The notes under the pieces: generated by a model
What the model saw: only the letters and a program-made list of their open reading frames with translations
Database searches by the model: none
Told to the model about the DNA's origin: nothing
Program-made: the position numbers and the translations under genes
Shown here: piece after piece, positions 45,718-57,698 of the stretch
How positions within the stretch are numbered: position 1 is the first letter of the stretch
How the letters are laid out: every line of letters begins with the position of its first letter
Origin: Entomortierella parvispora E1425
Lineage: Eukaryota > Fungi > Mortierellomycota
Direction: 5' to 3'
Assembly: GCA_020891255.1 (NCBI GenBank)
Contig: BQFW01000011.1
Location: 372,001-436,000 of the forward strand
Length of the DNA stretch: 64,000 nucleotides

Positions 45718-46491
45718 AGGGTAGACACATTTGTGTGAAGACCCCCCGTGTGAAGGACCTTCATTTGTGTGTAGTCAAAATAAAAAAATGGCTAAGCCAC
45801 TTCATTTGTGTGAAGAGATCCTTGTTGCCCCTGCGCCGAAAAACAAGTTCAAATATATCTCCCATGGAACAACAGGCCACAACAACGATCCTTAGCGGCA
45901 TTTTCCTTACTTTCCTCAATGCTGTGAGGTCTATCGAGAATATTATGGACGAGCGTATTGAAGAAAAGATGGAGAAGACGATCGACAAGCGCGTTGAAGA
46001 AAAACTGGCGATCCTGTTGAAGAAAGAGGTATATCCGTACGTCCTCATTGAAGCATCCGGTCGCGCCTACTACGAAGCGGGCGCGACGCACTCGTTATCC
46101 CTTCGGATTTTCATTGCATCCAGTCGCTATTAGTGGTTCACTCCCTTCTTGCCAAGGATGCAAAAAGAGAATTGACCGCGGAGGACAGCGGATAGTGTGG
46201 AAGACAATGGACAATGAGACAATGAAGTTCACCACAACATACCATTTCCACCCAGACGATGATTGTCTTAAGAGGAGCCTCGACAGGTCTCCCAAGGACT
46301 TGGATGCGGCTAGAGTGGTGCTGGGCGACGCGATCGACAAGGAGGAATAGGAGAGACGCGACGCGATTTTTTTTTTTTTTTTTTTTTTGCAGAACTTCAC
46401 ACAAATAGAGTGGCTTAGCCATTTTTTTATTTTGACTTCACACAAATGAAGGTCCTTCACACGGGGGGTCTTCACACAAATCTGTTCACTC
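45718..46491. mobile_element. Non-autonomous TIR DNA transposon, Kolobok-like (774 bp)
   Basis: TTAA at 45714-45717 and 46492-46495; ~98-bp TIRs, each with three ATTTGTGTG(A/T)AG motifs; purine-purine termini. Confidence 0.8.
45864..46350 (+). pseudogene. Cargo ORF of the TIR element: coiled coil plus PARP-type zinc-finger-like motif, frameshifted
   Basis: MEQQATT...KKEVYPYVL, then SCQGCKKRIDRGGQRI...YHFHPDDDCL in the next frame. Confidence 0.5.
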
Positions 46492-46528
46492 TTAAAAAAT
46501 CTAACCAACGACCATGGGGGACTTTCCT

Positions 46529-47030
46529 TTTTGGGCATCTTATCCGTCGACCTTGACATCTCGTATCCGCCGACCATTAATCACCGACCCCTCTCTAATC
46601 CGCCTTCCTTCTTGTCCCTCATCCGCCTTCCTTCTTGTCCCTCATCCGCCGACCACTCCGTTTCTTGACCACCGACACTTCCGTAACCGCCGAGTTGTGA
46701 AATTTTGGGAGGGTTCAAACTTGCCAAAAGTTGCGAAGTAATTACTCTCTCCATAACTTGTGGAAAGTAGATACCGTGGATCATATACCAATGTGTCTAG
46801 CCATATCTCCCTTGTAGCTTGGTCAACTGAATCCTTGAAACCTCTGCCGTCACCAATGGTGACCGGCTGCTCGAAAGACACCGATCTATTTTTTTTGTTG
46901 ACATGAACAAAGTACTTCGATTAGGTTGAGGACTAAGGAAGGGGTCGTCGGCAGATAAGATGAAGACAAGTCGGCTGATGCGGCAATGGTTAGGTCGGTG
47001 GTTAATGGTCGGCGGATAGGACGCCCAAAA
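46529..47030. mobile_element. MITE-like inverted-repeat element
   Basis: TTTTGGGCRTCYTATCCGYCGACC and TATCCGCCGACCATTAAYCACCGACC are inverted at the two ends; internal 23-bp tandem pair at 46598-46643; no TSD seen. Confidence 0.5.
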
Positions 47031-47061
47031 CACAAACTTAGCAAAATCAAAAAAATTAAAT

Positions 47062-47133
47062 TGATCTACGCAGGGGTCGAACCTGCAATCTCCTGATTCG
47101 TAGTCAGACGCCTTTCCATTGGGCCAGCAGACC
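47062..47133 (-). tRNA. tRNA-Arg, anticodon ACG
   Basis: Cloverleaf: GGTCTGC/GTAGATC acceptor stem, TCTGA-CTACGAA-TCAGG anticodon arm, GCAGG-TTCGACC-CCTGC T arm; T7 terminator downstream. Confidence 0.97.
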
Positions 47134-47243
47134 ATCTTATTCGTACCATGTTCGGAAACTATATTGCTTTTATGTCTCAGATCTTGTCTATACACGTGAC
47201 CGATTCACGTGACTCAACTACTGTGTCACGTGTGTAGTACCCT

Positions 47244-47409
47244 CCTTTATTACACGGTGACGAGCCGTGGCATTTGTTGCGCGGGGATCCGGGGTCTTTT
47301 GTTCGTCTGGACCACGCGGCTTTTCTCAGGTTGTAGATAGTTTGGTCTAGCACTTCACTTCTTTGGCTCGACATAGCAAATAAAATGTTGCAAAAAAAAA
47401 AAAAAAAAA
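47244..47409 (+). mobile_element. Short poly(A)-tailed retro-insertion (LINE/SINE 3' end)
   Basis: AATAAA at 47379; A18 at 47392-47409; 15-bp TSD CGTGTGTAGTACCCT at 47229-47243 and 47410-47424. Confidence 0.85.
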
Positions 47410-47510
47410 CGTGTGTAGTACCCTTATTTGTCCAGAATAATCCATAGTCACGCGGAACACAAACCATATATGGAGGTGCCAGAAGTCAATGCGAAGGCTG
47501 GGAAGAGACA

Positions 47511-47981
47511 ATGGAGTTGGTGACCAGCCTTGGCAGGAAACTGTGGAAGCGAGCGAAGAAAAGCTGGGAGAGCAAGAAGAAGAAAGTAGAGGAAGAAGGC
47601 AAGGAATTCAAGAAGAAGGAACCGACGTTTTCGGACGAGACTACGGACAGCTTTTGGACGATGCTGATGGATTTTTTCCGAGGAGCAAGAAACATCAAGG
47701 CACAAAACCTATTGGACGACGATATGGAAAGAGAGGAAGTGGCCGATCACGGATCACTCGCATGGCGACAATGGACGGTTATCGACGCCTACCACGGATT
47801 GGCCCCGCTTTTCCTGAAAGACAAGATCAAGACACTACTGTTCTGCACGACCCAAGAGATCGCGAGCATCATGGCGGACAGGTTTATCAAGGGCATTGAG
47901 GACTACGGCCGAACAGGGATTTGGAATCCGTGTTGCAAAAAGACTGTGGACTGGGAGAAGTCTATCGGGTTACTGGTGTGA
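47511..47981 (+). pseudogene. Probable C-terminal fragment of a non-LTR retrotransposon ORF2
   Basis: IWNPCCKKTVDWEKSIG resembles, from memory, the C-termini of early-diverging fungal LINE-like proteins; not verified. Confidence 0.4.
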
Positions 47982-48527
47982 GCAAACGTACCAGGCCTGA
48001 GGAACCGGGTGCCCGTGCTGGCGGACACGGAGGTAGCAACAATAACTTTGGGTAACTTTAACCGGATCTGGGAGACTAGTGCATGAAAGGACACTTCGAG
48101 GGCTGGGTCTGGTCTTGCTGTAGCAAAACCGGAAGCTCCCGCTTAAAGGTCACGGGTTTACGAGACAGGGTGCATGGGCCGCCATAGAGGTTGTGGGGTG
48201 TTGTGTGTGTGCGTACTGGCAGGCATGGCGATGGCTTCCAGGCGTTTTAGGTTGGGTCAAGTTTGACCTGAGCCGTATCGTCGTGCAGTCAAATACGGAT
48301 TTACGTACAGATTCTCTGTAGTTTGAGATCTTAGTACACGAAATCTTGGCCATGCCTCAGTATTTGGAGGAGAAAAAAAGTTTGAATGGGCTGCATGCAG
48401 CATCTCTCCTCCCTGTCTTCTTTCCGAGAGGTACTGTTATCATTCTTCACATGGAGCTGGCCAATCCTATCCTATAATGAAATTAACTGTGTTATTGACT
48501 TTCTCTTCGTAGAGTGATGTGGGATCA

Positions 48528-51302
48528 ATGACATTTTGCAGCCGCCCCGAGCTTCTTGATCTACCAGAGATGGTGCAGATGATTTTTGTATTTCTTGAAC
48601 CACTCGACCTCATCCAACAATCTCGTGTTTGTCGCCTCTGGCACTTGATCGCTCATCGTTTGTTATGGCGAAACCACTGTACTTTACCGTCTAGTATCGC
48701 CGACCTTTTATATATGGATTGTGAGCAGCAGCCAAGCTCAGGAAATATCTCACCCCTCACTGTCTTGACACAAACCCCGTTTGCGTTAAGTGGACCTTAT
48801 TGCAACAGCGACAAAGCCAGGCTCTTCCAGCGGTATATTCCTTGGATCCGTTCTCTCTCAATAGAAGCTTCTGACGACAGTGATGAGGAGTATAGGTTGA
48901 AAAGGCAGATTTTGAATGAGAGAGATGTTCCAACACGGACGACCTATGGGGCCATTTTCAAATTAACGGATCTCATCAAGCTGGAGCTCAGACTCTTCTA
49001 CAGGCCATCCGAGTCGGAAATATGGCAGCTAGACCAATATGAGATGCTAAACGACCTCATCGACCTCAATGCAGGACTCCGCGCCATCTCCGTCATTGAC
49101 CGCAGTGGCTTCAGGTCCCATGAATATTACTGCGTTGATGAACTGCTTCGCCATGTCAATGTAGCATGTCTGGAAAGACTTTCTCTTAGTGCTGCTCTTC
49201 GCGAAGAAGATTTTCCTATTATATTCCGAGCTTTTGGAAACATGGCTTTAATGAGCAGAGACGAACAAGACCATACATCAGCCAACGCCTATAGGAAATA
49301 CACCCGATTGGATGAGTTGGTCCTGCATTCTTACGATCCAAGCTCGCTTCATGGAACGTACCTCTCGAATGATCTTTTTCAAGTGGATGGGGAACAGTGT
49401 TCGTCCATTCTGGGTATTCGTTCACTGTCTTTATTGGACTTCAGAACCCATTATGTTCCAGCACTGGATTGGTCTATATCTGAGCCACACAATGACATGC
49501 TATTGCGAATATTGGCTCGCTGTCCAAATTTGGAAACCCTTGTGATCTCACCAAACGTCGCCAAGCTTCGATGGCCATCTTCAGACCTCTACAAGGACAG
49601 GATTTTTGATATTTATCAAGACAAAGTTGAAGACTTGAAATTCATGGCAGAAGAGCTTCGTGCATTTGAGCTGACGCTTACACCTGAGGAACAGCTTGCC
49701 AGAGGTCTTCAAGATGAGCTCCTTTTCCGTGAACAAGAGGAATTCGGGCCACTTTTCGCTCTATCTTGCCTAAAATTGAAGTCGATTGAGTTTGGAGGCC
49801 AGTGGCACATAACGACAAACACGTGGGAGTTAATGATGATCATGTTTGGACAACGATCCTCAAGAGGCAGTCAAGATATAGTCTCCATGAATTTCTGGGG
49901 CGCCACAAATTTATCTTCGGTTGCATTGCGAACCCTGGTCTTGGGAGGATGTATGCTGACGTCTCTAGATATCAGCGGATGCCCTTACGCAAGCGAGTAT
50001 GCTTGGGCGCCTCTTTGGAATCTTCCGCTATTACGGCACTACCGAGCGTTGGGAGTTCCGATACTGGCAGAAAGACTGGTGTACTGGGGGAAGGATACGC
50101 GTTTAATCAATGGCTATGTTGGTAGTGAGCATTGGGCGTGTGAACACTTGGAAACGTTGGCAATATGGATCGCTGTTCCTGTGAGTTGTGATGCAAGTGA
50201 ATTCAAATACGACAGAAAAGCGAACCTTTGGAAGCTTCGAAAGCGAGCTAAAATTTTATACAAGGATCTTCGCAAGGGGCTTTCGAAGGATCGAAAGCGA
50301 TATGACCAGAGGAGGGGTAGAATCCCGAGCCAGATAAATTCAGAGAGTGGACAAAACGCCTTGGAAGAGAAGGATCAGTTGTTACGGCGCCGTGCTCATG
50401 ACGACTACAGACGGATTAATAGAGCAGAGATCGCTCTTGAAAATACCCCACGACGGATGCAAGTCCAGGCTATAAAAACAAAAGTGCTAGGGATGTGGCA
50501 AGCAAGACGTCTTGCTGGAGGATCATCAACATATTTTCATGATGGTGATGTTGATGATGAGCAAGATGATAGAAACAATGAGGGTGTCGTTGTTGATACG
50601 CATCGTGAGCCGTTATTCTCATCTGCTGCTGGGAATCTCCCAAGTCATCAGCGAAACTTCAAGGACCAAGTCCAGGAGATGGTGTGCGGGCAGATTGGCC
50701 GGCTTTCCAATCTCAGGTCACTTGTCTTAGAGGGACCGGCAGCTTTCATGTACAAGCACTCACTGTACTTCGCCAATCCTGATGTTGGACGACATCGCAC
50801 AAACCAGAGTCACTTGGATATCCGCTACGAACATTCGACTCCGTATACTTGCATGGAATTAACGCTTCACACTGGCCTGGGCTCGTTGATACCACTAGGA
50901 GCCTGCCTACAGCGATTGGAAGTATACGCTCTAGAGGAGAAAATCAGCCGCGATCGGGAAACTGTTAGGTGGATTGCTCACCATTGGGGTGGATATCGTG
51001 CCAAGTCTTGGGAGCAAGGGGAGATGGACGTAAATGAGGACTGGCAAGCGGCCCATCCCCTTGCATATGACTCAGAACGAGTTAAAGATGTGCCCAGGGC
51101 GTTTCGAGAGTTGATTGGTGTCCGTTGTCGGAACACGGTCGAGCAATTGAAAAACGAGAGAGGAAAGGAGACATCTGCACACATCCGATTCAACAACTTG
51201 GGTTGGCTAAAGGACAGATGTCCTTGGATTCGCGTCCAGACCGCGGATGCTCTTGACGCTCATATTGACCGATTTGGCGACGCATCAACATTCAAAGAGT
51301 AA
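48528..51302 (+). CDS. F-box protein with an LRR-like C-terminal region
   Basis: N-terminal LLDLPEMVQMIFVFLEPLDLIQQSRVCRLWHLIA; single long ORF. Confidence 0.88.
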   Translation: MTFCSRPELLDLPEMVQMIFVFLEPLDLIQQSRVCRLWHLIAHRLLWRNHCTLPSSIADLLYMDCEQQPSSGNISPLTVLTQTPFALSGPYCNSDKARLFQRYIPWIRSLSIEASDDSDEEYRLKRQILNERDVPTRTTYGAIFKLTDLIKLELRLFYRPSESEIWQLDQYEMLNDLIDLNAGLRAISVIDRSGFRSHEYYCVDELLRHVNVACLERLSLSAALREEDFPIIFRAFGNMALMSRDEQDHTSANAYRKYTRLDELVLHSYDPSSLHGTYLSNDLFQVDGEQCSSILGIRSLSLLDFRTHYVPALDWSISEPHNDMLLRILARCPNLETLVISPNVAKLRWPSSDLYKDRIFDIYQDKVEDLKFMAEELRAFELTLTPEEQLARGLQDELLFREQEEFGPLFALSCLKLKSIEFGGQWHITTNTWELMMIMFGQRSSRGSQDIVSMNFWGATNLSSVALRTLVLGGCMLTSLDISGCPYASEYAWAPLWNLPLLRHYRALGVPILAERLVYWGKDTRLINGYVGSEHWACEHLETLAIWIAVPVSCDASEFKYDRKANLWKLRKRAKILYKDLRKGLSKDRKRYDQRRGRIPSQINSESGQNALEEKDQLLRRRAHDDYRRINRAEIALENTPRRMQVQAIKTKVLGMWQARRLAGGSSTYFHDGDVDDEQDDRNNEGVVVDTHREPLFSSAAGNLPSHQRNFKDQVQEMVCGQIGRLSNLRSLVLEGPAAFMYKHSLYFANPDVGRHRTNQSHLDIRYEHSTPYTCMELTLHTGLGSLIPLGACLQRLEVYALEEKISRDRETVRWIAHHWGGYRAKSWEQGEMDVNEDWQAAHPLAYDSERVKDVPRAFRELIGVRCRNTVEQLKNERGKETSAHIRFNNLGWLKDRCPWIRVQTADALDAHIDRFGDASTFKE

Positions 51303-51413
51303 AATTAGTGACTGCGACAGTAACCCTGTCATGAGCATGTGAGCAAGTGTGCTGTTGACCATTCCATGTTCCCCAGCAAGACTTCATCAGTATAACGTAC
51401 GCACGCTTCCACC

Positions 51414-54400
51414 ATGTCGTCTACCTCCCTGTCCATTCCAATTGCATTCTGGACACGCGGCATTTCGTTTGCAGCCATCTCATCGGTCTATGCTTGTGGC
51501 GACAGAGTCATTGCGGGATTCGAAGATGGTCTCATTTGCGTTCTTCGTAATAAGTGCACCGCGTCAGTCAACAGCAGCGGTGATGACGCAGGTGATATTT
51601 TGGTAAACTTTTGATCTCTTGAACACTGCTCGTAGACCGTAGGCGCCTTTTGACGTTTACTTTTGACTCTTTGTTTTCCAGTTAGAGCCAGCAGCGGTTT
51701 TGATAGGGCATCTCTCTCGAATCACAGCTTTCACAGGCATGATAGTTCAAGTAGATACTAAATCTGCGCCTGAGTGGGTCTTATATAGTGCATCGGAGGA
51801 CGGGTGAGAAACACGCTTTTATTTGTTGACAAGTTAGCCTTGTGCAGTTAGCCGTTAGCATTGACAAAGGGTCTTTCTGTAATAGAGAGGTCAAGAAATG
51901 GAATCTCGCAGATGGACGATGCTTGCAGTCAAGTCCAGATGCGTTTATTGGGGTACCAACATATCTCGGTGTCTTCTCTGGTGCAGAAATGGTACGAGTG
52001 TTATTGTGGACCGCGGTTTGCTTACATCATCGGTTTTAATCCAGCCAGTTTGCTTTCACTTGTTAGCTTGGATCAGGGCCGAAGTTTATTATCTGTGCAG
52101 GGATGTCACACGAAGCTTGCATCCTGGATTCGACATCGTTGGAGGTGGTTCGTGTCTGGGGGGGTCATCTAGAATGGCTTCACTGCACTGTTCTTCCTGG
52201 AGATGGTGTGTATGGCCGGTTAGATGAATTGCATTGTGGGTTTGATCTCTATCTTACTATCTACTATGTTTCTACGCAATATAGATCAAAATCAAAGCAG
52301 ATTCCTCTCTGTCTCAGCTGATTGCAAGTTATCGCTCTGGGTATTCGATACATCAGGGTTGACGGTGGTCAAGTCCAAAGTTTTTGAAATATGTCCTAGG
52401 CTGCAGGAAATCCCTGTATCGTTGGTTGCGTGTTGCTTCAGTGCATCACGAGCAGCTCTGGTCACACGGGGTTGCATACAGGTAAAAAAAACCCAGTTAG
52501 TTCCTGCAGCATGAAGGATTAGTGAGCACGAGTCTCATTTTATTGTGATGTAGGTTATTTGCATGGAGCAGAGAAAAGCAGCATGTTATGTTATTCACGC
52601 ATCTAGAGACGAGTCCTTCGCTGGAGCGAAGTTCATTTCTTTGGAAGAAATTGCAGCATGGACTCAGGTACACGGGGTTATACAGATGTACATCGCTAGG
52701 AGATTAATGTTTACTTAAACAGAGTCTTTTTGCCTCCCTTTTCCGCAGTCTGGGCAAGTGTTTGTTTACTCGCTGTCAGCAGCACTACAGCGAACTGAGC
52801 TCACTGCAGAGCAAACCCCTTTGGAACTTCACAGTTTTGTTCAAATCAGCGCCTCTTGGTCAAATCCTACTGCTGTAGTTGAAGGTATTTCATGGCATTC
52901 ATCTTTGCTTTTACAAAACGTTCATCACTTTATTAATCATTGGAGACTATCAACGCTGTAGTTTCTGACCGGGAACCATCACCGACATATATGCCCAACG
53001 TCATGATTGTCAGTACTGACAAAGGGCAGTGCCACCTCAATCTACAGAGCACCCAGGATGGACTACGTTACACGTATGCCTTGTTGCACGGGAATGAGAA
53101 AGAGACTGAGGCCAGTGCAGGTACGCTGATCCTTGACGATTACAAATAATTAACTTTAAACTAACACGTGAACGAAGTTTGCAATATCCTTTGGGGATCA
53201 AATCAAGATCTATTCCCAGAGCCTTTCATCACGTTTTCATTGATGCTTAGTGACGAGTTGCTGGCGCTTGGACATAGTAATACTTGTACACTTCTCTTCA
53301 TGATGTAGTTACAAATGAATGAAAAAGTGGACAACTAAACCCGTAAATTCTGCTAGGCAATGGGAACGTTTGGATCGGGTCTATTGAGGATGCCATACCG
53401 CTACTTACAGCGAGCCCTTTTGCTGGGACATGCAAGGACGCCAAGTTATTACAGGGTCATGTCGGACCAGTCTCCTGCATCTTCACCTCTGAAGATCTTT
53501 TAGAGCGCTCATTTGTTCTTACAGGAGGCAAAGATTGCTCAAGCAGAATATGGAATATCGAGTAAGCTGACCCCTCCTTTTCTCTCCTTTACGCTGTCTT
53601 TATGTTTTATGTTTTGTTTTTATAATTAACTTGTTATTTGTATCTAGTGCGGGCAGAGAAGTTGCATGTTTTAATAATCACAGCCGACCAATTGAACATT
53701 ATTTCCAAGTCCCTGAAGATGGCAACACCAGGATGAAGCGAACTGTCATATCTGTTGCAGAGGATCACTCGGTGGCTATAATCTCCATAGAGGAAATGAG
53801 CTGGTAGGTTAATTTTGGTAGGTTAACTTATCGCTAACATCTTTGGATTACGCGCAATAACTACTCATATATTTCTAGTATCTTCTTATTTGGGGGATAT
53901 ACACATACCCTCAAAACGATCCAGTGGCGTCCTCCGGAAGATTATGTCGTGTTGTGGTACACCGATGAAACCGCGTTCGTGTGGCAGATACAAACAGGTC
54001 ACTTGGATCGGATTGTAAAAGGCGAAGCTGCTCGCGAAATTATGATGGATTCAAGATGGAAGGTTTCGTAAGTAAAACTACTATGCCATTTCGCTTTTGT
54101 GCAGTTTGTCGTCCTTTTTTAAATTCTAAGTGAGCGTGCATATTAGACAAATATCAGCGCATTCATATGGATCCAAATGGGCTTTTGAATGCACAACTCT
54201 TCAGTTCGGAAATGGAGGTAGGTCCCAAGCATGCCGTGTAGACATGTATACATATTATCTATAATCCTAACCAGTCTCTCAACTCTAGTTTATATCCCAA
54301 TTCTGCAATTGAACCTGAAGCACATTCAAAACATCTTGGTTACAGGACGTATGGTAGGGCGACAGGGCGAGGCATCTTCAGCTCTGTCAGGCAGTGGTCG

Positions 54401-56478
54401 GCCTACATCGACTGTGAGAGCAACATCAAGTCGGCAGATGGCCACTGGTGCTTCTACCGGATGCATAGCCAAGGACAAGCTTAGTGTCGATCAATATGCT
54501 CAGTTATCCGACAAGGCGCAAAGGTGCTTGCGAGCCGCCAGAGCAGTGCTTGGTCTTCTGGTGACCGAAGATAATGCACATGCGATATCAATCAGGGCTT
54601 TACTTGGACTTCCGCGCCCAGAAGCTACTGTCACGTTGGGAATGAAAGGGTAACCTTGTGGTATAAATTGTTCCCGCCTTCGTTTTCAAGCGGCGAGCTA
54701 CACTAACAGTGCTTCTGATCATCTAGAAATTACGGCAACATTTCTATCCAAGTGCCTGTCATTGAGGACGCTGGGGCATCATGGTGCACATCGCCGACTC
54801 TTACAGCCTCAAAGCTTATCACGATCTTATCACTAAGCAAGACTCTTGCTGCAGCACAAAATCTGGACGTGGACATGGACACTTGGTCGCGTGGGTACTG
54901 CACCGCTGTGCAGGATGCTGCTGGCGCAGGCTTTTGCCAACCGTCTCTCTCCTATCTTGCGAAGTACTGGCAAGACCCGCAAGGTTCGATACTGGCTACG
55001 ATTTCGTTCGTAATATAACGTTGCAGAGATTTTAACACACTATTTACTCATAGTCGAAGTCCAAGAGGCGACGAAGATAGTGCTAATGACGGCCATAGAG
55101 CGGATGTCTAAAGGGGACATTGCTGTCCTAGTCAAGTATTGGTCTTCATTTTGTAAGTATGATCGTCATCGTATGTGCCGTTATCGGTAGATTGGCTCTA
55201 ATAGACAATATTGGCTATGCTTTTTTTGGTATAGTACCAGCTGCTGCACAACCGGACGCCTGCTCAAGCCAGTACATGGCCCGATCAGCCGTCATTCTCG
55301 GCATCATAGGGGCTGAGAACGCAGACGCGCTGCCAGAAAAGTACGTTGTCGATTTATGCCCGAATTGAATAGAGTTGAGAGTAACCTCCTCATTGTTTTT
55401 TAATGGTTTTTATTATCTTCAACCAATTAAAGGGTTTGCAAGCTGGTGGCGCTTTCTCTGACGATCCTTCTGAATGATGACTCGCGATTATCGTACAAAG
55501 TGGCATCGATTGATCTATTGGCACAAGGATTTGCGTCTTGGCAGCCCTTTATCAAGGCAGATGCTGTTTTAAAAACTTTATTTTCGATGGCAATGGATCC
55601 TCAGCCTAACGGCGGAGTAGTATCACGGCGGGCTCGGCGAGCCATCACCCAAATTGCGTCTGTGAACTCTGTGCTCTTTGTTACAACACTGACTCAAGAG
55701 ATCCTGGATGCCAAAAAACCTATCGAGCGGATTGGACTATTGAAGCTCATCTCGATTTTTACGAGAAAGGTATTTCTGAAGATATCGTCTTAGTGTTTGA
55801 CGCTGTCTGTTGTATTGTTGTTTTTATTTAACCTCATCTATGAATGAAAACCAGGACCCGGCAGTTCTTTACTTGGGATTGTCCCGGCTTGCTGAGGCCA
55901 TTGTCAAGTCTTTAGATCCGACTGTTCCACATATACGGGAGCAAATGTTGCCTGTCGGCACTTCCGTTATGATGGATCTTGTGTTGTCATACCCTCAGCT
56001 TGACTTCCATGTTGGATCTCAAAAGCTTGCCGTTGGAACATTAGAGGGAGCGATTGTTGTTTATGATCTTCAGACTGCAACCCGATGGCAGATCCTAGAG
56101 GGACATGCGAGGCCCGTGTCTGCGGTTTCGTTCTCAAGGGATGGCAAAACGATAGTCTCTTGTTGCCTGAAGGAGGGTACCGTGCGGTTCTGGCATCCAA
56201 ATCCAGGATTTTTTGGAATGCTGATGGCAGGAAATGGCATCTTTGGAACAAGAAGTTCGGGATCAGGCAGTGTTAGTTCGGGATCAGGACAACAAGGAGG
56301 TGGAGGGATGCCGTCACTTTCCTCACAGCAATCCAGCAAAACTTTTGACTTTGCTCTACAGGAGTCTGTGGTTGTTGGATCTGAGGAGTCTATGTTAAAC
56401 CACGTGCGCTTCGAATGGACCGGAGATCGTGCCGTGAAGTTGTCAGTGTATGATCATATCATGTCGTTCAACATCTAG
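51414..56478 (+). CDS. WD40 protein, WDR7/rabconnectin-3 beta-like, many introns
   Basis: WD repeats at both ends, e.g. LAVGTLEGAIVVYDLQTATRWQILEGHARPVSAVSFSRDGKTIVS; exon structure not fully resolved. Confidence 0.75.
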
Positions 56479-57698
56479 CAGAGGATAGGCGAGGGGGTTA
56501 TTACAATGCTATAATTGGTGAGCAGTACCTACCCCATCATAGGACTCCAACCAAGACTGACATGTGCTACGAGGGCCCAGGGAGGGTGAATAAATACAGC
56601 AAGCGCCGATACAAAGCTTGAAAGAGATGGCGATCTCAAGACCTTTTCTGGGGATATTGAGAATTGAATCTTTAGGTGATCAGTTGATCCCATTGGTCGG
56701 GCCCAGCGATGTAATCAATCTAGGAGTGGGAGAGAATAAAGCTCAAAAGCGACTGCTTGAACCTGTCCAAGTTAGGACGGCAGATCAAAGTCGGTTAAAA
56801 TCCATCACAGGCGCCAGATCAAGCGATTTCAGCGTGTTCTATGAAACCAGATTCATCTTTATGGCTCCAAATCGCCCTTTCTCCGTGAGGCGTACCACTC
56901 CAGAAACTGGTTTGCGTATTGATAATTCTTCAGTACTTCAGTCCTACCCATGATTGGGTGTTTCATTAATGCCTGTCTTCTCCTCTACTGAACCTTAGCC
57001 CTCGACGTTAAACGCCGTAACTCCGGCTAGGCATGAGTAGTAGCAAATTTGTGATCAGATTCCAGTCTGGTGTTAAATACTTGTCAGGCGGGAAGTGTTG
57101 CAAGTACCGAAGAATATAGAAGGGTCGAAAACTAACCAAGCACCAAGCGGCTACGGCATTTAGAAATGACATCATCAGAGCTTTGTCTGACCACTCTGAA
57201 AAACCAAGGTCTAAATGATCCATGACTGTGAATTGGTAGAGGCAAGTGTAATTTGATTAGATCTGATGCCAATGCCTTTGAGAATAGACTGAGAGCTAAC
57301 GCACTTCAACACGCACTGGCGAATATTGGTCGGAACTCTCCAGTAAGATAGTCTAGAACTCTATAACGAATACGGTGTCCCTGGGCCAGGCAACACGGGG
57401 AGGTTGTCGAGATAATGATGGTACAGGTAGTGCCCCTTGGGCGGAAGCAAGGGTAAATGCACCAAGAGAAGAATTCATGCTTGACAGAGAGCGCGAAAGA
57501 CGTGCTGAATGGGAAGCAGATCAGATGATCGGACATTGCGGTTGAGAATACAATGAACCAGTCCAAGGACTGCAAAAGCACGTGCGGCTGCAAGGAGCCA
57601 GGTATTGAGTGTTGAGGGTTTAAGGTAGTGAGTAAATGTCGTCCGGGTACGGATGGATCGGATTCATCCAATACATCCAATATATGGTTCTTATTCGT

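Noticed and set aside
46367-46388. T22 tract as the tail of a retro-insertion
   Set aside because: No flanking TSD found; treated as an internal homopolymer of the TIR element.
56618-57680. ORFs 56618-56953 (+), 57008-57223 (-) and 57306-57680 (-)
   Set aside because: No recognisable domain or convincing exon chain; may be UTR or intergenic sequence.
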